NCBI GenBank assembly: GCA_964016885.1
Contig: OZ024752.1
Coordinates: 8,928,001 to 8,992,000, forward strand
Reading direction: 5' to 3'
DNA length: 64,000 nt
DNA from: Eledone cirrhosa
Lineage: Eukaryota
The translations under genes and the position numbers were made by a program. Positions 14,237 through 27,434 of this stretch are shown here, piece by piece; position 1 is the stretch's first letter; each line of letters opens with the position of its first letter. The notes beneath the pieces are model-generated. The model made no database searches, was not told the origin of the DNA, and worked only from the letters and a program-made list of their open reading frames with translations.

Positions 14237-14347
14237 CAGACGATTTATAGAGCAGACCAGTACTTGTAGCTGCTGTTAGAGTATTTATTTCATCATCAAC
14301 ACCGCGGCCAAGTTGCAGTAACACACCAATAACACTATACATCAAAG
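14237..14347 (-). CDS. TIMM23: TIM23 exon 6 (ALMYSVIGVLLQLGRGVDDEINTLTAATSTGLLYKSS)
   Basis: AG/GT boundaries; PRAT motif RGxDDxxNT..A...TG.LYK. Confidence 0.95.
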
Positions 14348-15302
14348 CTGAAAATAAAATACAACTTCATTTTATGTATTTATTTAAAACCATTTTTCAA
14401 ATAGCGCATATATTACAGGTAAATACAAATAAATGAGTAAATAAGTGTCGATGTTCTCCCTCTTTCACTCACTGCTTCCATCCCTCTCCCTATCTCTCAC
14501 TATCATAAGCAAATGGGGGAGGCTCGACACACTGGCTACCTTGCAGCCCTGGTGGACAGACTAGAAAAGGCGTTTCTTCAGAGGATGCTGAAGGAGATGC
14601 ATTGGAAGAGCCATTCCAGTTTGCGAGACTCACACCTATGGGTAGCCAGCTCTGTGCCGATGGTGGTGAGTAAGGAGGTGGTTCTAGGGCCAAGGACACC
14701 ATAAGTCTCCATTTACAATCATTGTAATGCCATGAACAACTGACTGAAGACCAGATGCTGTGAAATGTTTCAGTTAAGTTGCTTTACATTCTTCATTGAA
14801 TCTGACTGGAGTTAAACTTTCATTCCTCTAAGGTTAATAAAATAAATTTATGCATCAAAATAGAGGAACAATAATATAATGTGGAATTTCCATGTAACCC
14901 ACCAGTCAATATTATTAGGGGGACCATAATGTCCATGTGACCTACTAGTCATGCTGGTGACATAACAAAAGGCACCCAGTACACCTTGTATGGTGTTTGT
15001 GTTGGTGACAACAAAAGGCACCCAGTTAGATGGTTGTTTCAGTGCCATGATAAAAAAAAAACCCAGTCCACAATGTAGCAGGGTTGTGTTAGGAAGGGCA
15101 GCTGTAGAAACCAAGCCAAAATATAGATCTGTATGAGCAGGTTGGTCTCATAACATAACCCATCTAATCCATGAAAGCATGGAAAAATGGACGTTAAACA
15201 ATGATGATGATGATGAATATCTATGGCATTCATATTCAGGCTGTTATGGTTATGATAAACACTGACTTTAAGGACTGATGAAACTGTAGATCCTTTACTT
15301 AC

Positions 15303-15361
15303 CAATAACACCTAAAGATTGAGCAGAAGAAGCTCCTTGCTTTGTGATAAAATTTAACATT
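15303..15361 (-). CDS. TIMM23: TIM23 exon 5 (QMLNFITKQGASSAQSLGVI)
   Basis: AG/GT boundaries; matches Tim23 ILNMVTRQGALWANTLG. Confidence 0.95.
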
Positions 15362-16204
15362 CTGCAAAATTAAAATAAACACGTTTAATAAAGGAATCTA
15401 ATGTAAAGAACTTGAAAAACATTAGCAAAACTATATTAAGAAAAGATATTATTTTAACCCTTTCATGACCACATTTTTAATGAAATACACTCTATTTTAA
15501 TTAGTTAATGAAGAATTTTGAGGCATTTATTAAAATCATTAATTATTTCATTACTAATACTTTATTTTAATTAATTAACAATTTTGAGGGATTTACTAAA
15601 ATCCTTAATTATTTCATTACTAAGATAGTAACTTAATCCTTTCATGATCATATTTCTAATAAAATATACTCTATCTTAATTAGTTAATGGAGAATTTTGA
15701 GGGATTAACTCAAATCATTAATTATTGGATTGGCAGTATCGGTAGAGGGTAGGACGCCATGCTTTGACGCATAGAGTTATGGCCTTTGCCATTCTGAGTT
15801 CAAATCCCGCCGAGGTTAACTTTGCCTTTCATCCTTACGGGGTCGATAAAATAAAGTACCAGTAATGCACTGGGTATTTGCTGGCCTTGTGCCTGAAGTA
15901 GAAACAATTAATTATTTCATTACTAAGACAGTAACTTAATGGAAAGTCCTCATATAAAATTATGTTGGAAGGTTTTAATTTAAATTGGAAAACTTTAAAA
16001 TGGGTGATTCTATTTCATAGAACCAGAGCTGGTTTTGGTTGGGTTGGTAACTAAAGGGTTAAAGTAATTATTTGTGATGGGAAAGAGGCAGGACACAGTC
16101 ATCTGACCTAGCTTGTCTCACAATGGGACAACTCCTCTAACCCATGCTAGCATGGAAAAATGGATGTTAAATGGTGATGATGATGGTAACTTGAAATTAC
16201 TTAC

Positions 16205-16292
16205 TGTGTTCGTCGTACAGCCCCAGTTAACTGAGCTGTGCTTGTTTCTCGAAAACCTGAATATAAACCATTTAAACCTCCTACGGCTGCTC
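16205..16292 (-). CDS. TIMM23: TIM23 exon 4 (GAAVGGLNGLYSGFRETSTAQLTGAVRRT)
   Basis: AG/GT boundaries; GxxxG TM motifs. Confidence 0.95.
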
Positions 16293-16687
16293 CTGTTAAT
16301 TAAAAGATAAAAATGAAATTAATTTATGTTTGCATTAATACATATTCCTTAACCCTTTAGCATTCACATTATTTTATATATACTATTATATTTTCATGGT
16401 AAAGGCTTTATCTCACATAATATCGAATCTATGAGATTTTGAAAGTATTTATTTTGAGAACAATACCTTAACAACAGTTTGAGTGACCAGTTACAGTCAG
16501 TTTCAACAGAAAGAGGTAGAGAATTCTGGCTGGTTTGAACACACACACATCCCCAATAGAGAAATTTTATCATAGAGATCAAAGTGTTTCAAATTCATCT
16601 CATGCAATTGATTATGACTAAACACGGTGTTGTCTGTCCAAAGGACATATTAGAAAGTTAGTTAAGCCTCAGATTAGCCCTGGTAGC

Positions 16688-16961
16688 CAGGGTTGGATTT
16701 AAACCTTGGCGGGGCCCCTCATACACAAAAAAATAGAATACACAGCCCCCCCCCCCCCCCCCCCCCCCCCATTTTACATATCAAAGTTAGCTTGGCACAA
16801 ATAATTAGAATTGAAAAGTTATATATGCAGCTATTAAATTAAAAAATTCTAACCATCTTAAAACTAAAAAGCATAACTGAGGGCACAAATAAATTGCTTC
16901 AGTCGTTGCTGGTGAGGACCAGAGCAATTGCCCCCTTTGCACCCCATTAAATCCGGCCCTC
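16688..16961. mobile_element. hAT-type MITE
   Basis: TIRs CAGGGTTGGATTTAA / TTAAATCCGGCCCTC; 8-bp TSD-like CTGGTAGC/CTGGTAGT. Confidence 0.7.
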
Positions 16962-17982
16962 CTGGTAGTAACAGACGACTTATAATGAAAGGTGTTCCAG
17001 GCACACCTATTCTGTTTTTTTAAAAAAATATAATGTATCTAGGACTAAATTATCTAATGTGTCCTTTCATTTTTAAGATGGTTGGGTATCATCTGAGGGA
17101 AATGTTTTGCTGTCTACCAGGTTGAATAACTGTAGCTCCACCCACCTTCATAACAAAAAACACACACGACCATGTAAATCATCGTTTAATGTCCATTTTC
17201 CACGCTAGCATGGGTTAGACGATTTGCCCCGTTGTGAGACAAGTCAGGTCCGATGGCCATGACTTGTTCATACAGGACTGGTTTTGGCTTGGTTTCTATG
17301 GCTGGACGCTCATCCTAATGCCAACCACATTCGCAGTGTGTGCTGAGTGCTTTTTTCATGTCACCCACACAACCACCTTACAGTGTGGGCTGGGTGCTTT
17401 TTGTCATGTCACCTACACACTCTAATTCACTCATTAAAGAATTAGTATTAATGACAGTCAATCAAATATTTCTGATTTAGGCACAAGGTCAACAATTTTG
17501 GGGGAGGAGAAAGTCGATTAAATCTACCTCAGTGCATTACTGGTACTTTATTTTATCGACCACGTAAGAGTGAAAGACAAAGCTAACCTCAGCAGGATTT
17601 GAACTCAGAATGTAAAGGGGCATAACTATATGACGCAGAGCACAGTGTCTGACGTTCTACCGATTCTGCCAATCAATCGCCCTCAGTCATTCAAACAAGA
17701 CATCTCAATAGTTCTTGGCATGGATAAATACATATAATCATATACGTATGTTTAAAAAGGAAGTAAGATTTTAAAACAAGTGGTTGCTGTTAGGAAGGGC
17801 ATCCAGCTGTAAAAATCCTGGCCAGTTTACAGTTCTGTCTGAGCAAGGCATGGCGCAGCAGGGCCAACTGGCCTGACTTGACTCATGACATGGACGACCC
17901 GTCTAACCCATGCAACCATGGAAAATGTACGTTGAATGATGGTGATGATGATGACACAGTTGTTTAGAAATGATTATCTTAC

Positions 17983-18079
17983 CTGCAAATACAGACCCTC
18001 CAATCTGAGAGAAGGCTAGTTCAAGTCTACCACGTTGTCGACTAGCACCTTCTGGAAAAATGAAGTCAGAACTACTGTC
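17983..18079 (-). CDS. TIMM23: TIM23 exon 3 (DSSSDFIFPEGASRQRGRLELAFSQIGGSVFA)
   Basis: AG/GT boundaries; matches Tim23 EFILPTGANKTRGRFELAFFTIGG. Confidence 0.96.
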
Positions 18080-18632
18080 CTGCAAAGGCAAGCAGACAAA
18101 ATATATAAAAGTATGACATTTGTAAAACTGGGGGAAGAAAATAAAGATATAATTATTGGCAGTCTTTTATTGCTTCCAACAAGTGGTAGCTTTCAAGTCA
18201 AGTCTCCGGTTTAACCCTTTAGCATTTAAACCAGCCATATCTGGCCAGGATTCTCTCACCTCTTTCTATTCAAACCGGTTGTAACTGGCCACTCATACTG
18301 ATGTTAACCCTTTAACATTTAAACCAGCCATAATTCTCTCCTGTTTCTGTTCAAACCAGCCATAACTGGCCACTCATACTTATGTTAAGGTATTGTTCTC
18401 AAAATAAATAATATCATCAAAATCTCATAGACTCGATATTATGTGAGCCTTTACTGTGAAAATATAATAGTAAATACTAAAGGGTTAATATGCTGCCTGG
18501 TTTGGGATAAGATAATCAATTAAAACCTCCTCAGTAGTTGCCAGGCACATCTTTCATCAATCCTGGAAGGTAAAATTGACTGTCCTATCGCAGGATTTCA
18601 ATTTATGCTAGAATTTAAAGGGGATGGGGCCG

Positions 18633-18674
<42 letters not shown>

Positions 18675-19199
18675 GCTCTGCATAAATGAAAAATCTTAAA
18701 TCACCAAAGACCTGCCTGAACACAAAGACGGAAATTTTCACCAGTTGCCCACACATGAAATCACACCTGCTTTCCACCTCATATAAACTTAACACTTTCA
18801 GATACTTATCCTCCATAAACTCTTATTATTCTCTTTATAATTACCCTTTCTGATTTACTTTCATTTTTATCCTTATTGTCGATAAAATAAAGTACCAGTA
18901 ATGCACTGGGTAATTGCTGGCCTTGTGCCTAAAGTAGAAACAATTATTAATTTCATTTATTTTTATATATTTTTTTTATTTTTACTTCACATCCACCAAT
19001 AACCGCCCCCCCACCCTTATACTCCGATTCACTTACCTAATATCTTCACTTTCCATTTTTTACTTCCCTATTTCCTTCACTAACTGATTACACTAGTCAC
19101 TTGCGTTTTCCATTCCAGATATTTTTTATTTTTGAGCAGCCAATCTTACTATTTTATATTTGTACTTACTTATCCACAAGTTTTTTGCACCCTGTTTCT

Positions 19200-19986
19200 A
19201 TGTGTCTGAACGCCTTAATGTGTGTATACTTTCTATATATGTATATGAGCGCCTACGTATGTGCGCGCACGTGCGTGTATATATATATATATATGTATGT
19301 GTATGTGTCTTTACATCTAGGTTTTATGTTTTGTTTCTTGTTTCTTCTCCCCTCTTTTTACATCCTCATTTTTATGCGTGTGCATGCAAACAGGTCAATA
19401 TACGTGAGTGTATGTGTGTGTGTGTGTGTGTACGTATCGAACGTATGGATGTGTAAGTGTGCGTGTGTATGCGTGTACCTTGTTTGTCTTCTTTCCTTTA
19501 ATTTTTTCTTTCTAAATTTATTGTTCCATTTTTATAAATATATCGAGATTGATACTTCCCTTTAATTATTACACTCCCTTACCTCTTTTACTTCCGCATA
19601 TAAGTGTACGTGTGTTTATGCGCGCGCCTTCATATTCTTATGATGTATCTATTCTGTCAGATACACAGATACATTTGCCCTAAATTACATATTTACGCAC
19701 ACTTTTTCACTATACGTATACATGTGCATACACATATATGCACATCTGTGAGCGTATATACATACATATACACACACCTAACTATATTTCTTGAAAGATT
19801 TTTATATATTTCATATTCTAATTCATTTGTCTATATTTTTTTTGCTTTTCTTGATGAGACTTTCCAAGTATTTACCCATGTTTTATATTGCCTCGTCTGA
19901 CGAACGAATGAAGACGTTTCTTTCGTATTCGTCTCATTCAGGAAACCTCTGGTAATGAGGTAATTATATTGTATTGATTTTTATAC

Positions 19987-20017
<31 letters not shown>

Positions 20018-20495
20018 TTTTGGTTGTGCGTGTTTATGATATGTACGTATTCGTATGTGTATAATTGTTTAGCTATGTATGTATATGTGTGTGTGTATAT
20101 AGTTACATATACATATGTGTGTGTATATATTGTATACGTGTGCGTGTTTGTGCATGTATGTGTATGTATGTGTTTATGTATTTGTATATGTATATTTATG
20201 TGTGAGTGTGTGTATGTGTTTACTATTTCGTACGTATGTATACGTGCATGTGTGTATTACTTACCACGCGTGTCTGTCCAGTTAGCTGGGTCATGTAACG
20301 ATGTCAAAAATTTTTTAATATATATATATTTTTTTCTTATATTTATTTGCGTGTGTGAATATGTAGAGGAGTGCATTTATGTATGTTTATGTATGTACGT
20401 GTGTATATATGTATGATTGTGTGAATGTATGTATGTATTTGTGTGTGTGTATGGCTATGTTTGTGTATATGTATGCTTGTACACACATATATATA

Positions 20496-20548
<53 letters not shown>

Positions 20549-20617
20549 ATATGTGTATGTATGTGTATGTATGTATGTGTATGTGTGTGTATGTGTATAT
20601 ATATATATATGTGTATA

Positions 20618-20660
<43 letters not shown>
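19200..20660. repeat. TA/TG/TATG microsatellite-rich low-complexity tract
   Basis: Long (TA)n and (TG)n runs; source of spurious ORFs. Confidence 0.9.
19888..19963 (+). ncRNA. Type I hammerhead ribozyme motif (PLE/retrozyme-like)
   Basis: Stem I TTGCCTCGT/ATGAGGTAA, core CTGACGA, stem II GAATGAAGACG/CGTCTCATTC, GAAA, CC-TCT-GG, TA. Confidence 0.75.
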
Positions 20661-20661
<1 letters not shown>

Positions 20662-21055
20662 AAGTTATATTTAAAATTGTTGGGTTACAACTAGTAAATA
20701 TTTATAACTGATATAAAAGCACTCGACAAATACTTGGAGTATATTTACAATATTAAATAAATGGAAAACTATATTTATAAAACCATATTTATTTCATTAT
20801 ATATATTTCGGGGATATCATATTAACAATATGCTATGCCTTCATCAGACAAAATACAATATAAACAGTTTTATAGATAAATATATTCGACATACCGTATG
20901 TGTGTGTATGTATGCTTTTGTGTTTTTTTGTGTGTGTGTGTTTGCATGTGTAGTTTTATTTTATTTTTCCTTTCCTTCTTCCTTCTCCAGCCTCACTTTC
21001 ATATAGATTGCATTTTTGTTTTTTAAAATCCAAATTCAATAAACAAACCAGGATT

Positions 21056-21116
21056 TTTTCATTCTGAGGATTGAAAGCAAAACCTTTTGCTTTTAAGAAA
21101 CCACTGGTAAATGGAA
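21056..21116 (+). ncRNA. Type I hammerhead ribozyme motif
   Basis: Stem I TTTCATT/AATGGAA, core CTGAGGA, stem II TTGAAAGCAAAA/TTTTGCTTTTAA, GAAA, CCACTGG, TA. Confidence 0.8.
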
Positions 21117-21167
21117 TAAAAAATTGCCTTATGTTGTTTATTACATAATAATAATTATATATATATA

Positions 21168-21507
21168 TGAGGGTTGACTGAAAAGTTCATAGGCTGACCA
21201 AGATACTCTCAAGGAATGACAAAAATGAGGTTTATTTCCACATAGTGTATGGAAAGAAACAATACAGTTATTGATAAGAAGATTTGAAATTAATGCATGC
21301 AAGATTTCATAGCTCTAGCATCACTCCTTCATAGACTGACCAAGATACTCTCATTGTACGAACAAATGAGGTTTATTTTTCAACATAGTCCTTGGAAAGA
21401 AACAATGCAGTTATTAATAAGAAGAGTTGAAATCAATGCACGCAAGATTTCTCGGCTCTAGCATCATTCCCTCATAGCCAGCCTATGAACTTTTCAGCTG
21501 GCCTTCG
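21168..21507. mobile_element. Mariner-type MITE with internal tandem duplication
   Basis: TIRs (TA)TGAGGGTTGACTGAAAAGTTCATAGGC / GCCTATGAACTTTTCAGCTGGCCTTCG(TA); TA flanks. Confidence 0.8.
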
Positions 21508-21551
21508 TATATGATATATGAGGGGGAAAGAAAAAAACAAAACAAACTTAC

Positions 21552-21619
21552 TGCTCCAATATAGGCTGGATCGAAATTTAGGTATGGTGACATAACAGTG
21601 CCCATGCCCTTGGCCGAAA
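21552..21619 (-). CDS. TIMM23: TIM23 exon 2 (VSAKGMGTVMSPYLNFDPAYIGA)
   Basis: AG/GT boundaries; conserved SPYLNxDPxY motif. Confidence 0.95.
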
Positions 21620-22988
21620 CTGGAAATAAATTGAAGATAAGACTGAATCAAGCCGCTTATAATAACAGATAATGCCATAAAAATTCCTGGGTTTCAAACT
21701 CTTTATTTTGAATAAAAAAAAAAAAGGTTATCCAATAGTTAGAATGAATACACCAGATATTCTCAAAATCTTTAAGTAAACCAATTTACAACCATCCAGT
21801 TTCACCACTCTCAGCACCAGCTTCTTATCATTCTATCAGCACCACACACCTATTACATCTCAGTGGCTAGTTCACCTTTTGTTTTCATCCCCTGTAATGA
21901 CTATGGGCATAATTACATCCCCGTTGATTTTTTTTACAAACCAGCATTAGTCGTTTAGCTTACATATTGAGACACTAACCCATCCTATTTATTTTATGGG
22001 ATTTCTAGTTATGTATAAAGAAAATTAATTGTTGCAGGAATGCTACCACTTAAAATAAAATTTCGCCGGAGATAGATAAGCAAAATTTAATAAGTGGGAG
22101 TTGGGGGTTTGGAAAAAATCCGAAACGTTAATAAGCGGAACAGGGGAAGATTATTCGAGGCCCGAGAGTACATATTACGGCCATGGGCTTCTAAGTTCTT
22201 CTTCGTCCAATTATTCCTGAGACGGTCGTAGACTTCTACGTTATATTGTTATTTTCTCAAAGTAGTGCTTTTAGAGTAGATATGTTCTCCATATAATTTC
22301 TAACATTGACTGTTTACTAATAGAATATTGCTTTATGTCGTAAACAAAACAAAAATAACATGAAACTTTATCTGATTGCATAATCTGGCCATCTAGTTCC
22401 TTCAGCCACTGTTGCTCTTCCAGGGAAAGATCCCTGTCAAGGACGGCTGCTTTTTTCTTTTGTCTTAATATTGAATTTTATAACCGTCATCATATTACTA
22501 ATAGAAAGAGAAAAACACACACATAAGCCGGTAATACCATATACAACAAAAGGCAGGCGAAAGGGGTGGACAAACGGACCCCTGCCAGTACAAAAGATAA
22601 CCAGTTCGTGCCACACCTTCCCAGGTCATAAAAGGGGCAACAAAGTTATAGAGATAACCACGAATTAAAAATATGTTCCAACGAACGAATGTTTATAAAA
22701 CAAAGCACATGAAACTAATCTATAAAGTACACATACTTGATTAATTATAGAAATGTTATATTTTCTGTCACTCATTAGAACTATGAATATTATCGATTAG
22801 GTGCTTTTTCCATTTATGTTTATATTTTTTATACCACAATTAAAGGTAAGAAAATAACTAGCATTATATATAAATCAAGTTAACTTCCAAAAAACGTTTA
22901 TTCGTCTTCCTTACAATTAAAGGTCAAGTTATCAAGTACAATAGAATAATTAAACGTATTTAGAAAGAATATAATTAATTGTAAATAC

Positions 22989-23070
22989 CTCCAGCTGTCA
23001 TAGATGGATCAGCGCTGGAATAAGGGTTGAAAAATGTTTTTCTAGATGAAGGATCACCACTGCCGTCCAT
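22989..23070 (-). CDS. TIMM23: TIM23 exon 1 (MDGSGDPSSRKTFFNPYSSADPSMTAG)
   Basis: ATG and GT donor; 82 nt gives the phase needed by exon 2; total CDS 615 nt = 204 aa. Confidence 0.85.
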
Positions 23071-23529
23071 TTCAAGATATTTTAGTAACGACCTTACGTA
23101 TTGCAAATATACAATCTCCTCACTTAGTCACCATGCGGGGTCAAAGGGATAGTACGCATGCGTGAAATGAGAGTTATCTCCCTTTCATTTAGCGGAAACT
23201 TTAGAAATTTAATTCTTCTTTCGGAGTGATGACGTGTTAAAATAACAGCTCTACAATTTTTAATTGTGTCTGTGAACTTGGATAATCTCAAAGCAACACA
23301 TTGCTTTTATATAATTTATTTAACCGATTCATTTGGTTAACAAAACAAAACAAAAAAAAAAAATACTTGAGTAAATTTAAAAAGAAGCAAATCTGTGGCG
23401 GGTAGAGATTGAGAAGGAACATGTAATGTCGAAGCAGAATTTAATATTTCTATAAAATACTTTGTCTTTTAAAATTACTTTGTTGCTGTTTACCATCGGT
23501 GTTATATTTAAAAAAAAAATATATAAAAC
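23071..23529. promoter_or_regulatory. Bidirectional promoter and 5'UTRs of TIMM23 and NAF1
   Basis: 459 bp between divergent ATGs; NRF1-like ACGCATGCGT (23154), GAGTTATCTCCCTT (23171), GCGGAAA (23192), CRE-like TGACGT (23230). Confidence 0.75.
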
Positions 23530-24062
23530 ATGGATCTAAAAGAGTCAACGGTGGATTTAATGAGTAAAACCGAAGAAAATGATAGTTTGAAAGATGGTGG
23601 TATGATGAATGTAGATAATGATATTAACCGAAAGGAGGGAGAAGATAATGTAAATGATTTTGTTAACGAAGTCTCTACAACATCTATTTCTAATAATGAA
23701 GTTGCTGATAAGGAAAAGAAGAAAGAAGCAGGTATTGACAATGAAGAAACTAGAATGGTCGGTGTTGCCAGCCAAGAAAACATTTTTACACGTGGTACTA
23801 ACGAAAAGAACGATCTTAATCATATCAGTCACAAAACAAACATTGCTACTAACTCGGATCCTTTGGATTTGGGGAAGGATTCTGAGACATCAAAGCCAAC
23901 TTCATCTAATATGCAGTTTAATTTTGATGGAAAAAATACAAATAACACAATTTATCGCTCCGGTAATATTAACGACGAAGTTACATCGGACAGTGGAAGC
24001 GACTCGACATCAAGCGAGGACGAACAACCAAAGAAACCTGTTGTTAAAGAAAAATCCACAAT
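23530..24062 (+). CDS. NAF1: NAF1 (H/ACA RNP assembly factor) exon 1, acidic Ser-rich N-terminus
   Basis: ATG in AAACATGG context; SDSGSDSTSSEDE tract; donor AT|GTAAGT, phase 2. Confidence 0.88.
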
Positions 24063-25565
24063 GTAAGTAGTTTAGTTGATTTAAGATTTTATTTTACAAC
24101 AATTCTTTTACTCTTTTACCTGTTCCAGCCATGCTGGGGCACGATTTATTAAAATAAAATATTTCACGTGTCCTGAATGTTTTGTAAATTAGCGGCATGT
24201 AAAACGCACGTGCTTTACTTCATCACGAGTCATTACTTTTATTATTGTACTAATTACATCTTAGAACAGGTTGCCTGCAAATTAGCCACTCACACGTATG
24301 TTAAGGTATTGTTCTCAAAATAAATAATATTAAAATCTAATAGATTCGATATTATGTGGGATAATTGTGAGAGATAAAGCTTTTGCCGCGAAAATACAAT
24401 AGTATATATAGAGTCATGTGAATGCTAAATGACAGTTATTGTTCTTCAAATTTAAAATTTTAGACTCTAAACTTTTAAATTCTAAGTCTTAGAATAAACA
24501 AATAGGCTACTTTGCCGGTCCCGATTAAATAGACAAACGTTTTTTAAGCTTGTTTTACCGGTAAATATAAATGTTAGTGTTAGGTTTGGGTTTAAATTGT
24601 CTTAGTAATTGATGGTGAGAATGAATAAACTTCTGTGTTAAATATGTGTTATTATTTTTAACATTACCTTCCTCCATAATAATATTTTTTGATTTAGGCA
24701 CAAGGCCAACGATTTTGGGTGGAGGGAAAGTCGATTAAATCCACCTTAGTGCATTACTGGTACTTTATTTTATCGACATCGTAAGGATGAAAGGCAAAGT
24801 TAATTTCGGCGGGATTTGAAAAAAATAAGTAAAAGCATTCTGATTTTTTTTTCATTCTTGTTAAAAAATACGGATAAATTGAAAAGTTTTACAACTAGAT
24901 TCGTGACGCGTTTGAGGTGAATTTTTGTCCTTAAGTTTTAAAATATATCTCAGTCTCCATTTTATACCGATGACCCTGCGACTTGTCCTGGGAGGTGTTT
25001 GATGGACGCATTGCATATCCCGAGACCCCAAAGAAGGTTCGGGAAGGGGCAAATCATGACAATTGGAACCACCTGGAACATCACAGCCTTATAAATAAAT
25101 AATTATATTTCTTTAAAATTATCATCGAAAATAACTCATTTTTTTTTTAAAGATTAGGAATATGAAATGTTGAGGTCACCATCACCACATTCTTGAACTA
25201 AATTTTGAGAGGGATGACAAATAAGGATTTGTTTTAGTGTTCGCCATTGTGTTCTTTATTCGTTGGTTAATGTTTCGTTAAAATCGTCGTAAAATAACTT
25301 TCTGTGGTTTCCCTATTCGACCATCCCCTCCGTCCAGTAGGGTTAACTAAAAAACCGAATTATTTCATGACTCCTTTTCTTTTCATCTGTTGATCCTATT
25401 ACATTAGATATATCCTCGCAACCCCACTTCTACCCTGATGGTGGCGTCAGGGTCTAGAGCAAAAAGCACGTGGAAATATATACACATATCTAATACGTAA
25501 ACATACCAGAAAATACAAGTTTCCCTGTATATTGAAAAAAATTTATCATTTTTTTTTTCAATATA

Positions 25566-26498
25566 CAGTCAAGTCCGCTTAAGAGTATACTATTTTCCAT
25601 TGCCTCGGGAATGGAAAATAGTATACTCTTAACCGGACTAAATAAAAATATTCCATAGTATTATTATTTTGAGTCTTTCAATGATTAAAATCGCTTTATT
25701 ATCGCTTAAAATGCATTTATAAGTAAAAAAAAAAAAATGAGAGATACACCAAAAAATTCAACAAGAATTATTGCAAATTATAGATAAATTAAGCAATATT
25801 TCAACATTTGCTATTTTTATTTCCTAAAAATAGTCCAAAATGCTTTTTTGCACTCGACTGCTCGCAATTTTTATTTCAATCAATTCCTCGATCTCAGACA
25901 GAGTATAATTTTCAAACTTTTCAATTGGTTGCATCATATAGGACCGTAATTCCTTCTTTTCCAGAGATCTAAAATATTGATAAATCATTAAAGTTATGTT
26001 AGGTACCTATTTATGCACATTCATATTATAAATATAAAAATAATTTTCTACTTTTTGGCACAAGGCCAGCAAAAACCCAGTGTATTACTGGTACTTTATT
26101 TTATCGACCCCGTAAGGATGAAAGGCAAAGTTAACCTCGGCGGGATTTGAACTCAGACCGTAAAGGGATGTAACTATGCTAGAAAGCATGGCGTCCGACC
26201 CTCTACCGATACTGCCAATTCAATATAATCTTCCTCCTCTTATATCGTTTCAAAGACATTTTTTTATGACAATGAATTATTATTTTTGTATTTGCATATA
26301 TTAAACTTTATGGTTGTATAAATGACATCATCGCATTTCATTTTGAATTGTTTTAAAATGGTTGTTACATTATAAGCCCAATTTACTTTACCGTATTCAT
26401 TATACTCTTATTCGGACTAAATTATATATAAAATATATAAACGGGAATTGATTATGCTATACTCTTATGCGAACTATACTCTTAAGCGGACTCGACTG
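25566..26498. mobile_element. pogo/Tigger-like MITE with a nested SINE (~26044-26222)
   Basis: TIRs CAGTCAAGTCCGCTTAAGAGTATA / TATACTCTTAAGCGGACTCGACTG; TA flanks. Confidence 0.85.
26044..26222 (-). mobile_element. tRNA-derived SINE with CCTTTCATCCTTACGGGGTCGATAAAAT central domain
   Basis: Pol III boxes; further copies near 10400, 15725, 17470, 24690, 28580 and 36790. Confidence 0.85.
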
Positions 26499-27382
26499 TA
26501 CTAGGAAATCCATATTTAGTCCATAAAATCTGTCCAGTAATTTTTTCCTGAGACATTTGCTTGTATTTCGTGATAATATTCTTTCGGTCATTCTCGAAAG
26601 AATACTGTATTCTTTCGGTATCACGAATACAAGCGGTCGAAATGGGGTTCCTCCGAAGGATCTTTGGAGTAATGTTACTCGATAGAGTGGGTAACTCGCA
26701 GACCAGAGGGTCGCTTCAGGTAGAGCTGTTATTTCTCCGAACTGAGAGACCAGAGCTCCGACTAAGAGATACAAAATCCCGACCGCGGCACCCAACAGTT
26801 TCGGCTTGTGTTGAGCAAGCTGAAACCGCTTGGCGCCGCTGTTGAGATTTTACATAGCTCTATACCCACTCTGCATCTCCCCATGAATTATTGAGTACCC
26901 CCATGATTAGTGGTCTCAGCAGACGCTCTCACTCTTTCTCTAACCAAGTTTAAGCAAATAAATGGCCCCGGAAGTGCGGGAGAATGTCTCGTTATTCCTA
27001 CTTTTTCAGTTAACCGAATGGAATATACTCACATTTTTACATTTAACCCTTTAGCATTTACATTACTCTATATTTACTATCATATGTTCATGGTAAACAC
27101 TTTACCTCACATAATTATCCCACATAATATCGAATCTGAGATTTTGATATTTATTATATTTTGAGAACAATACCTTAACATCAGTATGAACGGCCGGTTA
27201 CAGTCAGTTTGAACAGAAAGAGGTGAGAGGATTCTGGCCGGTTTAAATGCTCATATATTCTTTTAGCTTGACCCAGCTGGTTGCCTTATGTTTATTTAGG
27301 AAGTTCTGTTTCCTAAATATCCAGTTTTAGATATTAGATATCCTTTATATCAAACTTTATTAATGACCTTTCTACATTTCAG

Positions 27383-27434
27383 AGATGAAGAAGGTGTCGA
27401 GAATCTGAAAGTGAAAGGAGAACTTGGGATTCAG
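27383..27434 (+). CDS. NAF1: NAF1 exon 2 (DEEGVENLKVKGELGIQ)
   Basis: AG/GT boundaries; KxKGEL motif preceding the Gar1/Naf1 domain. Confidence 0.92.

Noticed and set aside
15725-15905. tRNA genes suggested by A/B boxes
   Set aside because: These are heads of multi-copy SINEs with no complete cloverleaf.
19101-20711. Many C/V/Y/I-rich ORFs (also at 3921, 35285-36062 and 39464)
   Set aside because: Translations of microsatellites and tandem repeats.
23530-24066. Stand-alone 178-aa gene
   Set aside because: The stop codon lies in the GTAAGT donor; this is NAF1 exon 1.
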